Assembly: GCA_035084275.1 (NCBI GenBank)
Contig: CM068757.1
Span: forward strand, 5,704,001-5,768,000
Length of the DNA: 64,000 bases
Origin: Hydrolagus colliei
Lineage: Eukaryota
Reading direction: 5' to 3'
The notes beneath the pieces were generated by a model, which was given only the letters and a program-made list of their open reading frames with translations, did not search any database and was not told the DNA's origin. Shown here in pieces: positions 11,326 to 24,150 of the stretch (its first letter is position 1; each line of letters opens with the position of its first letter). A program made the position numbers and the translations under genes.

Positions 11326-13978
11326 CCATGCAAAACTCTTGTGGAACTCATGGACACACAGTTTCTGCGATGCGCACCATTTGATTTTGACATTCTGGAA
11401 ACTCACTGATGGAGAAAACAGTGTCGGTAATTGTTTCAAAGAAAGCCTTCGCCGGTGTTGCTGGTGCAGATGATTTTGTTTACTTAAGGAGCATCTCGTT
11501 GGTATGTCAAAAGGGAGAGCAACGCTTCTATTTAGTGCTAGCCTAATTTGAACAGACTGTTCATTTACAATACCAGGTCTAAGTAGTGATCTGCATCGAC
11601 GGACAACACCCAGAGGCTTTTAAGGCATATCAACCGTCATTTTGTAAAGTAACACACATACGGAGATGGCCTGTTACCTAACACAAATGCAAAGCATAAT
11701 GGATCTCGCCGGTTGAATGCAGTTTCTCAGTCGCTTATGGGTAGAGTTCAGCGTTAGCCCATTGGGAAACTTCCCATTTCAAAGGCAAAATCGTAAAATT
11801 AGCAAATCTAAGTTGGTTTCATTCTGCGTGCAAATGATACAATAGTAATATCACCCTCCATGCCAGGTTAATGTCTCCAAGTGTGTTGCAGGATTTACTG
11901 TGAAGTATAGTGACCACATACAGTACTTAGTTGGTGATTAGCAGCCAATTTCTGAACAGGCGGAAAGTAAATAAAAAGTTTTATCTGGAGGACTGTGTAT
12001 AACTGTATATCTCTTGCAGCCAGCTTAATGGGAAGGTGGTAAGTTTGGTATTCTGGAGAGATGAGATCATGCATTCAGCAAAACAAATACACATCTTCTG
12101 CCTTTACTTGATCAGTAAAGAATGGACCTCAATACTCTTTGGAGGAAATCAAGCAGCAGCTTCTTTTCAGGCAACTCATGAGAAACTGAACAGCAAATCA
12201 GATATATATGTGATTTTTAAAAAAAAGCTGCAATGTGATAGTCGCCATGGAAACCATTAACAAACATTTTTGTATGTTAGGCTGAAACATAGTTTAGGGA
12301 CGAATGCAAAAATGTGTAGGATCCTATTGAAGACAATAATGAATAGCTTCTTCCACAATATGATTGGTAGGAAGATTGGGATCTTTGGATGAAACAAACA
12401 ACCTTCAAAGAAACCGTCAGAATCCCAGAGCTTCAGTCAACCCTTAATCGCGAACAAATCAATCTATTAGCATAAAGACTATGATAACAAAAAAGTGGCA
12501 GTACAAAGTCTAGACTCAATTCCAAATAAAAATGCATCCCTCTGGCTATAAGATTGATCCCGATTATAATATGAGGCTGGAGCTCTGTACTGTTTATATT
12601 GTGTGATACCTTCTGATTTGCCAATACAGATACTTATGGGGAATAGCAACAATGCCAGGCATCACACTGTTAGTATCAGATCAGCCAGTAAATCTGAAGA
12701 CTCACTGTAATTTGCAGTCCCAAAGATTCCACTCTGGGGTAGATTGGTACCCAATGAGATTGAGAGGAAGGTGTTGGTCATCAACCAAGCCATTGTCTCA
12801 ACTAAGTAATGTATACAACACACGAAATACAGAAGTATACTATCTGAAATGGCAGAGTCTGACGCACTTGATTTGACAGGGGAAAAATGATGTGGTATAA
12901 AGCAATAGAGCTGAAGAGGTGCAGAATGAAATGAGATGATGATGGAAACAGTGCAGTATTTAAATGATCGGGAACAGCCCACAATGGATGAGAACATTTT
13001 CAATTTTTATCACAAATTCACAATATCAAGAATCTCAGTAACCAGACGGACCATTTTCTGGATTCAAGAAGAAATATTTCACGTTCGAAAAAAAATACTG
13101 GGGATCAGAAGATCTAAAGCAGCCATGTCCAATTTTTAAGTTTGGCCAACAAAATATATTTTCTTATGCCATAAATCAAGAAATATTTAATCAAGGAATA
13201 TATGAAAGCACGCTACCGTATGGGCTTACCTGCACTCCGTGCAAACGTTCTGTTTGCTTTTGTCATAGGATGGCCACCACTAATTCAACGATTGAAAAAA
13301 AACAATTGCAGAAAAATTATATTTCTTCACATGAAAACACTTTAACAACACTTTTATTTATATGGCTCCCTTCATGCGGGTTAGCATCCAGAAAGCTTAG
13401 CACACTTTAACTGAATACAGCCCCAGAGCTCCTAGGGGCATCTTGTCTTATTTTGTTACTTATTTATGCTTTTTATTTGACATATTATTTAATAAAGGAA
13501 TTCCACTTTACAACAGTAGGGCTGTGGCACGCTCAGTAAATGTCCTGGAATAATTTCCCTGTAGTTAACAAGCAGTTCAGCGAAGGCAAGTGCCTGCTGT
13601 TCATTGTTGTTGGACATTGCTGTTGAAAGATGCCGAGTTTTATCCTTAACAATAAGACAATCTGTTGCTCCATCACTCTCACCTCATCCAAACTGTGATG
13701 ACAATTAAGGTTTGAATGGAATTAAGGACATCGTAGTCATGCACAAACACAAAATTGTTATCCTCATGCTCATTCCAGTCTGCAAGATTTTCCTGTGAAT
13801 AATTCATAGATAGTACTAATGGAATTGGGCTCAGTTAAAATTTTAAATAATTCCTCAAAACTGATGAGGTTACACAGGAATGTCCACCCCACCAACCCCA
13901 ACCCACCCAGAGAAAATGTTTAAATGTATAGATGGACACATCAATAAACTCCTCAAGAAAATGTTCTGCTGGTGTTGG

Positions 13979-14010
13979 CATATGTGTGCACATGCATGTG
14001 TACACATATG
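13979..14010. repeat. 32-bp spacerless quasi-palindrome of alternating purine/pyrimidine
   Basis: CATATGTGTGCACATG|CATGTGTACACATATG has a single G:T mismatch. Confidence 0.9.
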
Positions 14011-17000
14011 GCATTTACGCTAGGCAAAAAAAAAAGCAAAAACATCAATATTTTAAACAGCTCGACTGTTCCAGTGGGGAATCAAATGTCCCCAAACAGG
14101 CCAGTGAATAACAAATGACCTTCCAAAAACAATCCTTTGATTTACTGCACTGAGAACCAGAATGAAGTAGGAGTGTTGGCTTCGGGCCAATTGACAGTCA
14201 CTCAATGAATAGCCCTGTCACTTATTTGAAAGAACATTATTATGCTCTTCTTGCCATTGATATGGGAACAGCGACATTTGTCATACACTTGATGGCAATT
14301 ATTCACCAAATGCTGGCTTCACTCCACTCTCTCGATGGCCTTTTGTAATATGCTTTGTTTGCTTTTGAGAAAGAAATATTTCCACGGACTGAAATGCGTG
14401 ACACTCATTCCAATCATAAGATCTTCTGTCGCGTGCCCAAAACCAACGGTTGGTGTAATTGCTGGGCTGCTAATACTCACCATTATTTACTTACGCTGTC
14501 TGTGTTGCCGCATCTAAGTACAAACCTCTAAATCTGAAGATTACTGGTTCAAAGAGATTGCTACATCTTATTGCCACCAATTAGAACAAGCATCAGAACT
14601 CTGGGGACCAAAGAGAGGAGGAACCCCGTTAGAACTACAGCTGCTTCTCTTCTAGCCCTGGTTTCCTGTGGGACCGTGAGGTTCAGGAAGCATGGGACAC
14701 CCTGCTCAACAACTCCCTCATCACTGCAAAGCGCACTCCGAAATGTTGTTCTACATGAAGTGCACTATGTAAAGACTACATTTTCTACTCGTCCTCAGAT
14801 GGATGTACAGAACCAAACACAATATTGCAAATGAATTCCGAGCCGGGCTTTATAAAACTGCACTAGATTTGAACTAGTGTAACGTTAAGAATCATAATAT
14901 TAACCGCAAACCAGCAAACAGCTTGGAAGCCTTTCCAATTGGTGGTGTAAAGAATCCGTTGCAGTTGAGCTTCACTTACAATATCCTGGTCACTCACCTC
15001 TGCTGTTCATCTTTCCCCTTCCAGGCCCCACCTCCCGCCACCCCACCCAGCTTGGATGCCCAGCTAGTGTTTAGCGCTTTGAGACGTCCTCCTGATATGA
15101 AAGGGACTGCGTAAATGTGAACTGTATTGCCATTCAGATAGTGGGCCGTGATTATATCGCTGCTGGAACTGGGATTACTCTCCTAGGTCATTAATTCTCA
15201 CAGCTAGGCTCATTGGACCTGTGAGTTGTGAAAGTTACAAAATGGCCTTTCCTAGCACAGATGCAGCAGCTGTGTGCACAACAGTTGTGCTGAATACGAA
15301 TGTAAAACCAGCAAAACAACAGTTTCAGATTTACTGTTAACAGTTGAATCAGCCGTTAAGGATTCGGGAGGTTCAGAGAACCCACTGGTGTTTTGAAAAT
15401 ATTGTTGTGTTATGATATCCCCAGCTCTAAAATCTATTAAGTCTTATTATAGTTTTATGAACATTTTCAATTACAGGAAACATTGCTTCAATATGTGGGC
15501 ACAGCTTGATCAGGCATCAGCCTTAATGAAATCATTATCAGGTCATAAATATCTGCAGTACATATGTTCCAGCTATGGAGACATTCATTTAACACATTCA
15601 TTCTGTTGCCTATATTACAAATAAGAGGCACAAAGCAAGCAGTGGATGCAGCACTAATGCAATTTTTCTGAAGCCTTTTATGCTCATCTATGCTTACATC
15701 AGTAATTGAAATAGCAGCATGTTGGGCTTTCTTAGCAAGGAGACATTAGGATGGGACAATTATCATCCAAATTATCACATTATTTCTGAAGGCTACATTT
15801 GATCTCTTTGTCAGGGTTGCCAAGTAACACTGCATTTTAATCCACATTAGCAGGAGCATAGAATTGAAACACTCCCCCATTGTGGAGAAAGAGGGAAGAA
15901 ATCACCTTTTAATGCAATGCCTCCATTAACAATTAAATTAAAAATAGGGCATTTATTGCTTTATTGAATACAGCTTTCTCATTGCAATCAATGGCCTGAG
16001 ATGATGTTCAGTCCAATGAAAACTTTTCTCCCCCTCTCCCCGTTCTCCTTCCTCGAAGGTTGTCCACACTGCTTGCTGTTATTTCTGTTCCATAAGACAA
16101 ACCACAAACAGTGTTCACTCGGACCGGCCATAAGGACTGCAGTGTAGGAAATTGAATATTTACTCTGGTACAGTGTGGGGGTTAAAGCCCATTGTTGGTA
16201 ACCAGTAACAAAGGTTAAATCGAGCTTTCCCTGCATTTTGCCCTTGCTATATTTGGCCTGGTAGCGATCGTCTGAATTGGGTAAATAGATAAGCAGTATT
16301 TGTCCCTCCAGGGAGAGCGTGTGCATTCCATTCCAAATACATGCCAACTTCTTTGTGTAGGTGGGAGGGATGGAATTTTCCTTTTGGTCTGGATACTCTT
16401 AGACACGGTGACGGGTTTCCACGTGTCAAACACCAGACCGAACCTGAAGAAAAACTGTTTGACCACATCTACGGTCACCTGCCCTGCCACCTTCCCCATG
16501 TTTGTTGTCCCACCCCATTCCTGTGAAATGCTCTTTGATGTTGTTCTATGTGAAGGGTGCCGTATAAATGCATTTCGCTGTCAGTGTGACAATTTACCCA
16601 AAACATGAACAAGAAATAAATTATACAAAAGTTTTTTCTGACTCAAACAAAGCCGCAATGCTCTGACTTCTCACTCAACTCTCTTGATCCCTTGACTAGC
16701 AGTGACACAAATGTCAAACTGTCAGAAATTCTCTTCACATCTGCAGTCTTTAGAAGGTTGCTTCAAACTAGCGCAACTTTCTCTAAGGCTGACACAATAT
16801 ACAGTATATAATAGGTTATAATATACTGCTGTGTATACTGCTAGATGTATAACCCAGTAATAATACATCTTCCTATAACTTACTAGTATATGCTTCAAGC
16901 ACATCAACCAGTTTTCCTCAATATTTGACCAAGTCAAGCACATTACAAATTCTCTGTTAAGTTAGAGCTATTGCAAACTCATTCCTAGGCAAAATATCTC

Positions 17001-18164
17001 CATAAATGTTGTAAACATCTTGTTGGGCTTTGAGAAGAAAGGGTTGTAAATTCCAAGGGAGATCAGAGTGAACTTAGTCTTGGTATTACTGTCAGTTTGA
17101 GAGGTTACACTCATCCTCTGTGGGATAAAGGGGTTTTGCCATCATTTAAAATTAATTTTAGGTTTTGTACCAATGGATTAATATTAATCTCCAGAGACTC
17201 TCTGATGTTGGAAAGGGGTTTAATACTTGGATTTAAAACTATCTATTCGGCTTTGAGATGATAAAGAGGTGCTCAGAAGTCTTCAAAATACTCGGACATG
17301 TCCCAGATTTAGAAACTAGCAAGAGATTGGAGCTGCTTTACCAAATAAAGCAGGTAATGTGGCATTGAGCCGGGATCTCAAACACGTTGCTCATTCTTTA
17401 ATGGGCTGCTGAGACATATCGCTTTACTGTCTGCGTTTCAGTCAGCGCATAAACCAATATTTATTTCCATTCATTGAAACGATCAAGTGGCTTTGGCTTC
17501 TCTCTCCGGCAATTTTCCCAAATAAAAGGCGGAAATATGCCCCTTAATAGAAATATCCTGACAGTGACCTTATGAATCTATTCACTCCATTGTTCCCACT
17601 TTAAGGTACACAGGCATCGATCCTGACTCACAGTCAGTGTTCAGTAAGTAGTCAATGAAGCATTTCTGACCAATGCTTTCACTTGGATGCTCAATTGGAT
17701 TTAAAAGATTTCACAAAATTCCTAACCATTATGTCCACAACACGGTGTGAGCAACAGGGTGTCCCAAAGAAAACCCCAACAAAAGCAATTGTGTCACAGC
17801 ACATCACAGTAATTTTGCAGTTTCTTGTGCTTGCCATTTACATTTGCCGAGATCAACCTTTCCAGCAGCAGAAGGATGCGGAGAAAATAAAGCTGTGGCA
17901 ACTCATTGGAGGACTCCAAACTGAATTTCGTAAAAATAAGCTGTGATTCATCTGTTTATCAGAAACCTAATTGCTGTTCATCACAAAGGAAGGATAATAG
18001 CACTTAGTCAGCGACAAGCACATGAAAGTTAATCATAGACTGGGATAATTTAATCGCCGACTAGAATTGTGTCCCTGAAATACCAGCCTTGGGATAAAAC
18101 CCTCCCCATCCATAAAACGTGCTTTTTTTTCCCCAATACAACATGCAGAGAAGGCAATGCCAAC

Positions 18165-18235
18165 AACAACCACCACAACAAAATTACATTTGTATAGCGT
18201 TTTCCACGTCGGGAGGACGTCTCAAAGTGCTGGTG
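18165..18235 (-). mobile_element. Orphan L2-type 3' tail
   Basis: (CAA)n-like run, then TTACATTTGTATAGCGTTTTCCACGTCGGGAGGACGTCTCAAAGTGCT, the reverse complement of the tail at 66-135. Confidence 0.7.
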
Positions 18236-19619
18236 GCTCTTGTGAGAACATGAAATGTTCATTCTTAGGTAACGTAGAATATCCGTAATTTTGCTCATAC
18301 TTGTTGAAGACAGAGGGGGACAGAGAAATATCCCGTAAGATTCAGATTGTATCTATTCATCGAGGTCATTTAAAAAATAAACGTGCTTGTGAAAGAATCA
18401 AATACGGCAGTGAATTTTGAAGTGGAACAAAACGTTGCGTACAGTTGTGCTGATTACGTTTGTGTAATGTTCAGCTCTCAATCATAAACGCGGTGGCCCT
18501 TATTCAATATTTCAGGACACACTTTCCTACATATTATAGCAGGTTTAAAAATTAGCACAGATCAGGCCTTATTACATTTTCTGTTGTTTCATAGACTCCT
18601 CTTTCCATGTTTCCTGGTTTATTCCCTAATAAATGGAGGTGGCCGTTTCCCTTCAAAAGCAATGAGTCCTTCAATCCGTCCTTTTTCGGAATCACCTGAT
18701 CTTAACAGGCCTCCTCTGTCGCTAAACCAGTCGCCAAGTCAACCTCGGTTGTCCATCGGTTGATGGCTTCCTTTGCCTGACTCACTGCAATAGGCTCCTG
18801 TGGTATAAATTATTTTGCTAGGGTTAAGGCCCTCTGACAGGCTGCGGCCCCGGCTTCATTCTGCTCCACAACGTGATTAACGTGAATATGCTAAAGATAG
18901 AGCCATGCCCTCTGCTTAATGCACAATGTCTGAGTTAATTAGCTTGAATCATTCGTTGCACTTTTTGTGCACACCTAATTAACACAAGTCAGTGCGATAC
19001 CATGTCACTACAACAAGAAAACTACAAGCAGCCCCGTAAACCAGCACAGTGCGTGTGGGTATCGGCAATGATCTCGGGGCAGTGTCGTAGTACAAAAGGC
19101 TGTGATGGAATTAAAACGTTCAGAGAACATAGTCACCCACACGGCAGAAAATTGGATGATGAGTTTAATTGCAGTCTTTTGCTGCACGCTGCCTATCATG
19201 TAAAACAATGTGCGCAGTTATTCTCTTAAATTAAAATTTCAAGATGCCATTTCAACAGGAGAGTTGCGAGATTAGTAAATCATTGTCTCATTGGCCTTAA
19301 TCAAGCAAATTATCCATTTACATGAGTCACCTAACATCACATTGACTCTCTTTTAAACAAAAAGCACAAATTAATTGGATAAAGTTCCCTATCTTTAGAC
19401 TAGCGTCTTTCATACTCTTAAAGCCATAAACATCTATTTAGTGTTGAGAGGTAGAACAGTAAATATGGAGCGCAACCAGCAGTTTTCCCCATGAGCTTCT
19501 CTGTTCAAAGTACATGATCTGTAACAGCCAGAAGTAATGTTGTGTGTAGCCAAACCAGTGTAGCCCATAGTGGTTTAGCTCAACCAATGTAAGGGAATCA
19601 AAAACAACACCAACAAAAT

Positions 19620-19637
19620 TATATATATATATATATA
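19620..19637. repeat. (TA)n microsatellite
   Basis: Direct reading. Confidence 0.9.
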
Positions 19638-20107
19638 GTTTAAGCAGAACTAAAACTTAATTTTCAGCTAGTGCATCTGTTTCCACAGTGAATCAGAAAT
19701 GTATGGCTGGGATTTACTAGCCGATTACATTAATGAAGGAAATCATACAAGTGCCATGCCACACTCAGTAATCCGACCGTATCCTGGAGGATAAAGGCAT
19801 TGAGTTTCAGTGAAGACAACTTCTGGGAAGGTGTAACAGTGAGAACAAAGGTGCTAAGTGCTTCAGTCAGAGAATGCTTGGCTTCACTAAACTGGCATTT
19901 AATAAGGATGGGTTAGACAAGGTCACCAGTGATGATAAAAAGCGAAAACAGAAATTGAGAAGATTCTCAAGAGCCATGCCCTTCTTACCAAAGGTAACAA
20001 GTGCAAAGACGTGATCACACCTGGAGGTAAAGTACGTCCACATGATGAAGGTAAAGTCTGAATGAGAAGGAAAATGATCTTTAGTGTATAATTGTACTGA
20101 ACTTGAT

Positions 20108-20226
20108 TCATCGAAACATTGACTCGCTTTTCCTTTCTCCATAGATGCTGCCTGACCTGCTGAGTGTTCCCAGCGATTTCTGTTCGTATTTCAGATTTCC
20201 GGCATTTGCTGTATTTGGCGTTTTTG
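20108..20226 (+). mobile_element. Probable Penelope-like element terminal remnant
   Basis: CGAAACATTGACTC...TTTCTCCATAGATGCTGCCTGACCTGCTGAGTGTTCCCAGCGATTTCTGTT...TTTCAGATTTCC matches, from memory, an abundant chondrichthyan repeat that normally follows a CTGANGA...CGAAAC hammerhead core. Confidence 0.55.
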
Positions 20227-21254
20227 CTTATCAAATAGATCATTTGTTTGATTCGTGGATTGAGATGTTTTTTCAGGCAGTATTTTAGTAAGAGGTTTGT
20301 TTAGTTCATAAGGTACTCTATCCTTTGTAATCTATTCTTCTTATTCTTCTTCTTTTTATTATTATTATTACGCTATGATTCCTAAACATATTGATGACGT
20401 GTGGAAGGTTTCTGGTGGAAGTGAAAATGCATCAACTGGAAGCTTGATAACCCATTGCACAAATTAGTTTTTTTTCTAAATGAGCATTTTGCACAGAAGG
20501 AATGATGCTTTAAGTTGAAACACGAGGTGCAATTCTCCCTCCGTTTCTCAGCCAGGGCTGGAAGCACACCCTGGCTCATCTTGTCATTGCTGGAACATCG
20601 CTTCTGGGGTTTAATGTGCTTTTGGAGTAATTGCACTAAGCAGGGGAGGTGGGTTGGAGTTGCCAATCTCGCCCCTAAAAAAAAATCATAACTTTTGAAA
20701 CAAAGGGCAAGTCAATTTCAGATTATTTTTAAGTGTAACTTTGCCATCGTCTATCAATTTCACAATGATGTATCCCACACCGCACCTTTAACATAAAAAA
20801 AAGTATGAAAATAAAGCTTCTGTGGGGACCGGCTGTCATCTTTATTTAATATCTTATTAGGCACACTTTTGGGAGGGAATGTATTTTACATGATAAATCT
20901 TCATTTCAAAAGGCAGAGGTTACGTGGAGGACACCGCGTGGAGCGCTTGTGTAATATGATTAATTTCCCACCACTGAAGGCGACCGGTGAATTATAGTCC
21001 GGCTCCCCGAGTAGAAATAAAAGTCTTGATACGCAGCCCTTCATATAACATAACAATCATTCCCCTTCTTTCTCTTGCCTTTTAGACGGAAACTGAAGGA
21101 GCTGATTCCCGCATGCGATTGAGAGCAGTGCCCTGCCATACATTCAAAGCTCAATTGAAATACATTAAGATGCACAGTTGTCTAGAGACTCAATAGAAGA
21201 TTACAAAATATGGGCAGAACTTTTAATTGTTTGGCAAATTGTACTCGATTGATA

Positions 21255-21622
21255 TTGTTCCTTCAAAGCCCTCCATGGCTTTGCCCCACCCTACATCTGC
21301 AACCTCATAATACTCTACCAACCTGTCTGCTCCCTCTGCTCAGTGGGCTCTGTCCTGGTCCATGTCGCCCGACCCGCCCGCCCCACCATTGATGGGCGAG
21401 CTTTCAGCCACTCTGCCCCCAAATCTTTAGAATTCCATCCAGCAGCCCCTCCACCTCACCCCCTCCCTAGATTCCTTCAAGTTCCACCTTAAGACCTTCC
21501 TCTTCGACCGCGAAATCGGTCACCTCCCTTCCCTCCTCCCTTCCTGATCCCGTTCCCAGCTCAGGTCTGAAACACTGACTGTGCCTTTCCGTAAAAGGCG
21601 CTATACAAATTTGATTTTGTGG
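21255..21622 (+). mobile_element. L2 LINE 3' end (ORF2 C-terminus + 3' UTR)
   Basis: TTCAAAGCCCTCCATGGCTTTGCCCCACCCTAC (FKALHG.APPY), GGGCGAGCTTTCAGCCACTCTGCCCCC (GRAFSHSAP), AAGACCTTCCTCTTCGACCG, then the tail AAAGGCGCTATACAAAT. Confidence 0.85.
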
Positions 21623-22989
21623 CTTCAGTGACAACAATTTGCTTTAATTTTACCGCCTTTCAAATTAGGAGGATGTCTCCAAGTGTTTGACACAGCTGAC
21701 AGGGAGCCCGAGCTGAGAACAGGGAGAAAGGGGTTGAAAGCGTGACCTTAAGAAAGCTAGGTCTTAAGAAGAAGATTTGATGGTGAGGAGGGAGGTGGTG
21801 GGGCGGAGGAATTCTGGCGACAGAACATTGAACGTTAAAAGCAGAAAAGGCACAAATAACATTTAGGGGAACTTGTATGTGTGCTTTTTTCAAAACAAAA
21901 TAGTGCGCCTCTCACTATGACCATGTTGCTCTGTTGAAAACTAGCAGACTTCGGGATGACAAACCGCGGTTAAATAGTGTGCCATGTTTGACAAAATGCA
22001 GCAATAAAATTATGTGAGGCGCATTGACCTTCAGCGCACAACTTGGAAAACATTGCCTCTTTAATGGGTTAGGGGACATAAATGGCGGGTGTGCTGAATC
22101 TTTGATATTTTTCCCAAATATTTTGAATATACTCCGTATAGGCGCCAAAGGTAAACTGCACTTTCCTCCAAACCTTATTTAAAGCACATAAATCCACAAA
22201 GTAAAACACTACAGAGGTGACATTTATCTGTGGCGCAAAAAGGCTTGGCAATAACGGAAATCAGTTTTCTGTTGGCATCACCACAAAGGATGGAAATCTT
22301 AAAATTTCCCTTCAAAGTCAACATAGTGGATCAGAACTTCAAAGGAACAAAGCATTGCAGCAGTCATGTTGAAAAATGTCAGTCCAATTGAAGAGCGGTT
22401 GTGTGAAAGTGCAATCCCTGATGTTCCAGTAGAAATTGAAGTCTGGCTGAAAAGACACACTTCAGTGGCTTTCAGTTCCCAGTGTGACACTTCAGGGTGC
22501 AAATATTCAAGAGCACTCAGCTTGTCCATTGCTGTACAACACGGCTACTCATAAATACTTAACAACATATGTGGCAAATGTCTTTCGCAGCAATAATGCG
22601 CAGTGTGTTGAAAATTAGTGTTATTTTAATTTTTTGTCTTGTGGTTGGGACATGTTAGGTGCATGGGTTTACCCCGTGATTCTCCCGTAATGAACCATAT
22701 ACCGGTATGTGACAGACAGCAGCACGTTAAGCCTCAAAGTGCATCCATCGTTACAGCTTGTTAGTATGCATCGGTTCAAAGGGTAGAATCTTCTTGACAA
22801 CCACAGCACCATTCCTTTATGTGGATTCTTAGCGCCTGCTTTTGTTATTTATATGGGACATTACATGTAGTTCTAATTATAAAAAGGGATGCAGAGCCAT
22901 GAAATGGATATAACCAAGGCTGAGGATTTTATAGTTATGAGGATAGACACCAATACATACGTTTGTTTGAACTGCAATAGATCAGGTTA

Positions 22990-23225
22990 GAAGGTTTAAT
23001 CTGCTCGATGGAGATGTCTAAAATTCTGAAAGGATTGCAGAGAATAGATAAGGGAATGATTATACTCTCAAGCTAGAAAATCAGTAACAAGGGGTTTAAG
23101 ATCACTGTCATCTCTGGAAGAGGTAAAGGGAAGACACTTGCTTTACACAGAAGGATTATTACAACCTGGAATCACATGTGGCTGAGGCAAGACCATAACA
23201 ACATTTGAAAGGTTGAATGAACAAC
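22990..23225 (+). mobile_element. CR1 ORF2 fragment (old)
   Basis: GAGATGTCTAAAATTCTGAAAGGATT (E..KILKG), TCAGTAACAAGGGG (SVTRG) and TTTACACAGAAGGATTATTACAACCTGGAAT (FTQ...TWN). Confidence 0.65.
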
Positions 23226-23424
23226 TATTGCAGCCTACAGACTGTAAAGTCTGTACACTTTACAGTGAATCCCCACAAGGTGATTGGTTAAGTTTTGACA
23301 ATGTGATAAGGTGCTATAGCAAATACAAAGATAATTATTATTTTAAGACTGTCTAATTGAATATGGGGAGTTAGCAGTATTGGAGGGCTCGAACCAAATT
23401 AATTTCTCCTATGCTATCATTTGT

Positions 23425-23525
23425 GTTTGAGTGTCAACTTAGATAATTAGCTCAAAGTCCTGACATCAGGCTTGATCCCACAATTTCGGAGTCAGAAGCA
23501 GGTATACTACCAACTGAGCCAAGCG
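23425..23525 (-). mobile_element. Family B SINE head
   Basis: The minus strand reads GGCTCAGTTGGTAGTATACCTGCTTCTGACTCCGAAATTGTGGGATCAAG. Confidence 0.65.
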
Positions 23526-23814
23526 GACGCTCAAAGGTGTCTTAAATGAGCACACTTTATGTATTTAAAAGAAATCTAAAATGTTACTGGGGGCTTCTCA
23601 AAACAAACATTAAATCAAAGTGCTGAACGGCCAATTTCAAATGCAATCACGTTCCTGAATGAGCAAATATTTTTAAAATTAAATTGACGCTTGATCAAAT
23701 GTGTAGATGGGGCCATTGGACAAACATTTATACAACAAAGTCAATTAAGAAGCCGTCCTTCTCTTTGCCGCTGAGATGTGTGTCTTTTTATTCTGCATTT
23801 ATTATAATCAAATA

Positions 23815-24150
23815 TTATTAAAACAGTAGTAATCCTTGATATCTATCGCACTTTACACATCAGTAAGGCATCTCAAAACTCCCACAGGTTTTATATTAAA
23901 GTATAGTGACTGAGTATTTTGCAGCTGAACGCAGTAGCCAATTTGTACATGACAATATCCGACAAACGATAAGGTGAATACTCTTTTCTTTTTAATAGCG
24001 CCACAAGACCTCGGTTTAATTGCTCAATCAAAGGATAACAGCACCAACAATGCAGTGTTCCCACAGCATTGAATTGAAGTGTCAGTTTAGACTCCATGAG
24101 ATCAATGTGGAGTTTGGGCCCATAAAGACAAGAATGCTATCAACAGGTTT
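23815..24150 (-). mobile_element. Family B Deu-SINE, internally deleted
   Basis: Tail AATCCTTGATATC..., Deu core GACCTCGGTTTAA...ATAACAGCACC and a head remnant near 24120. Confidence 0.6.
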
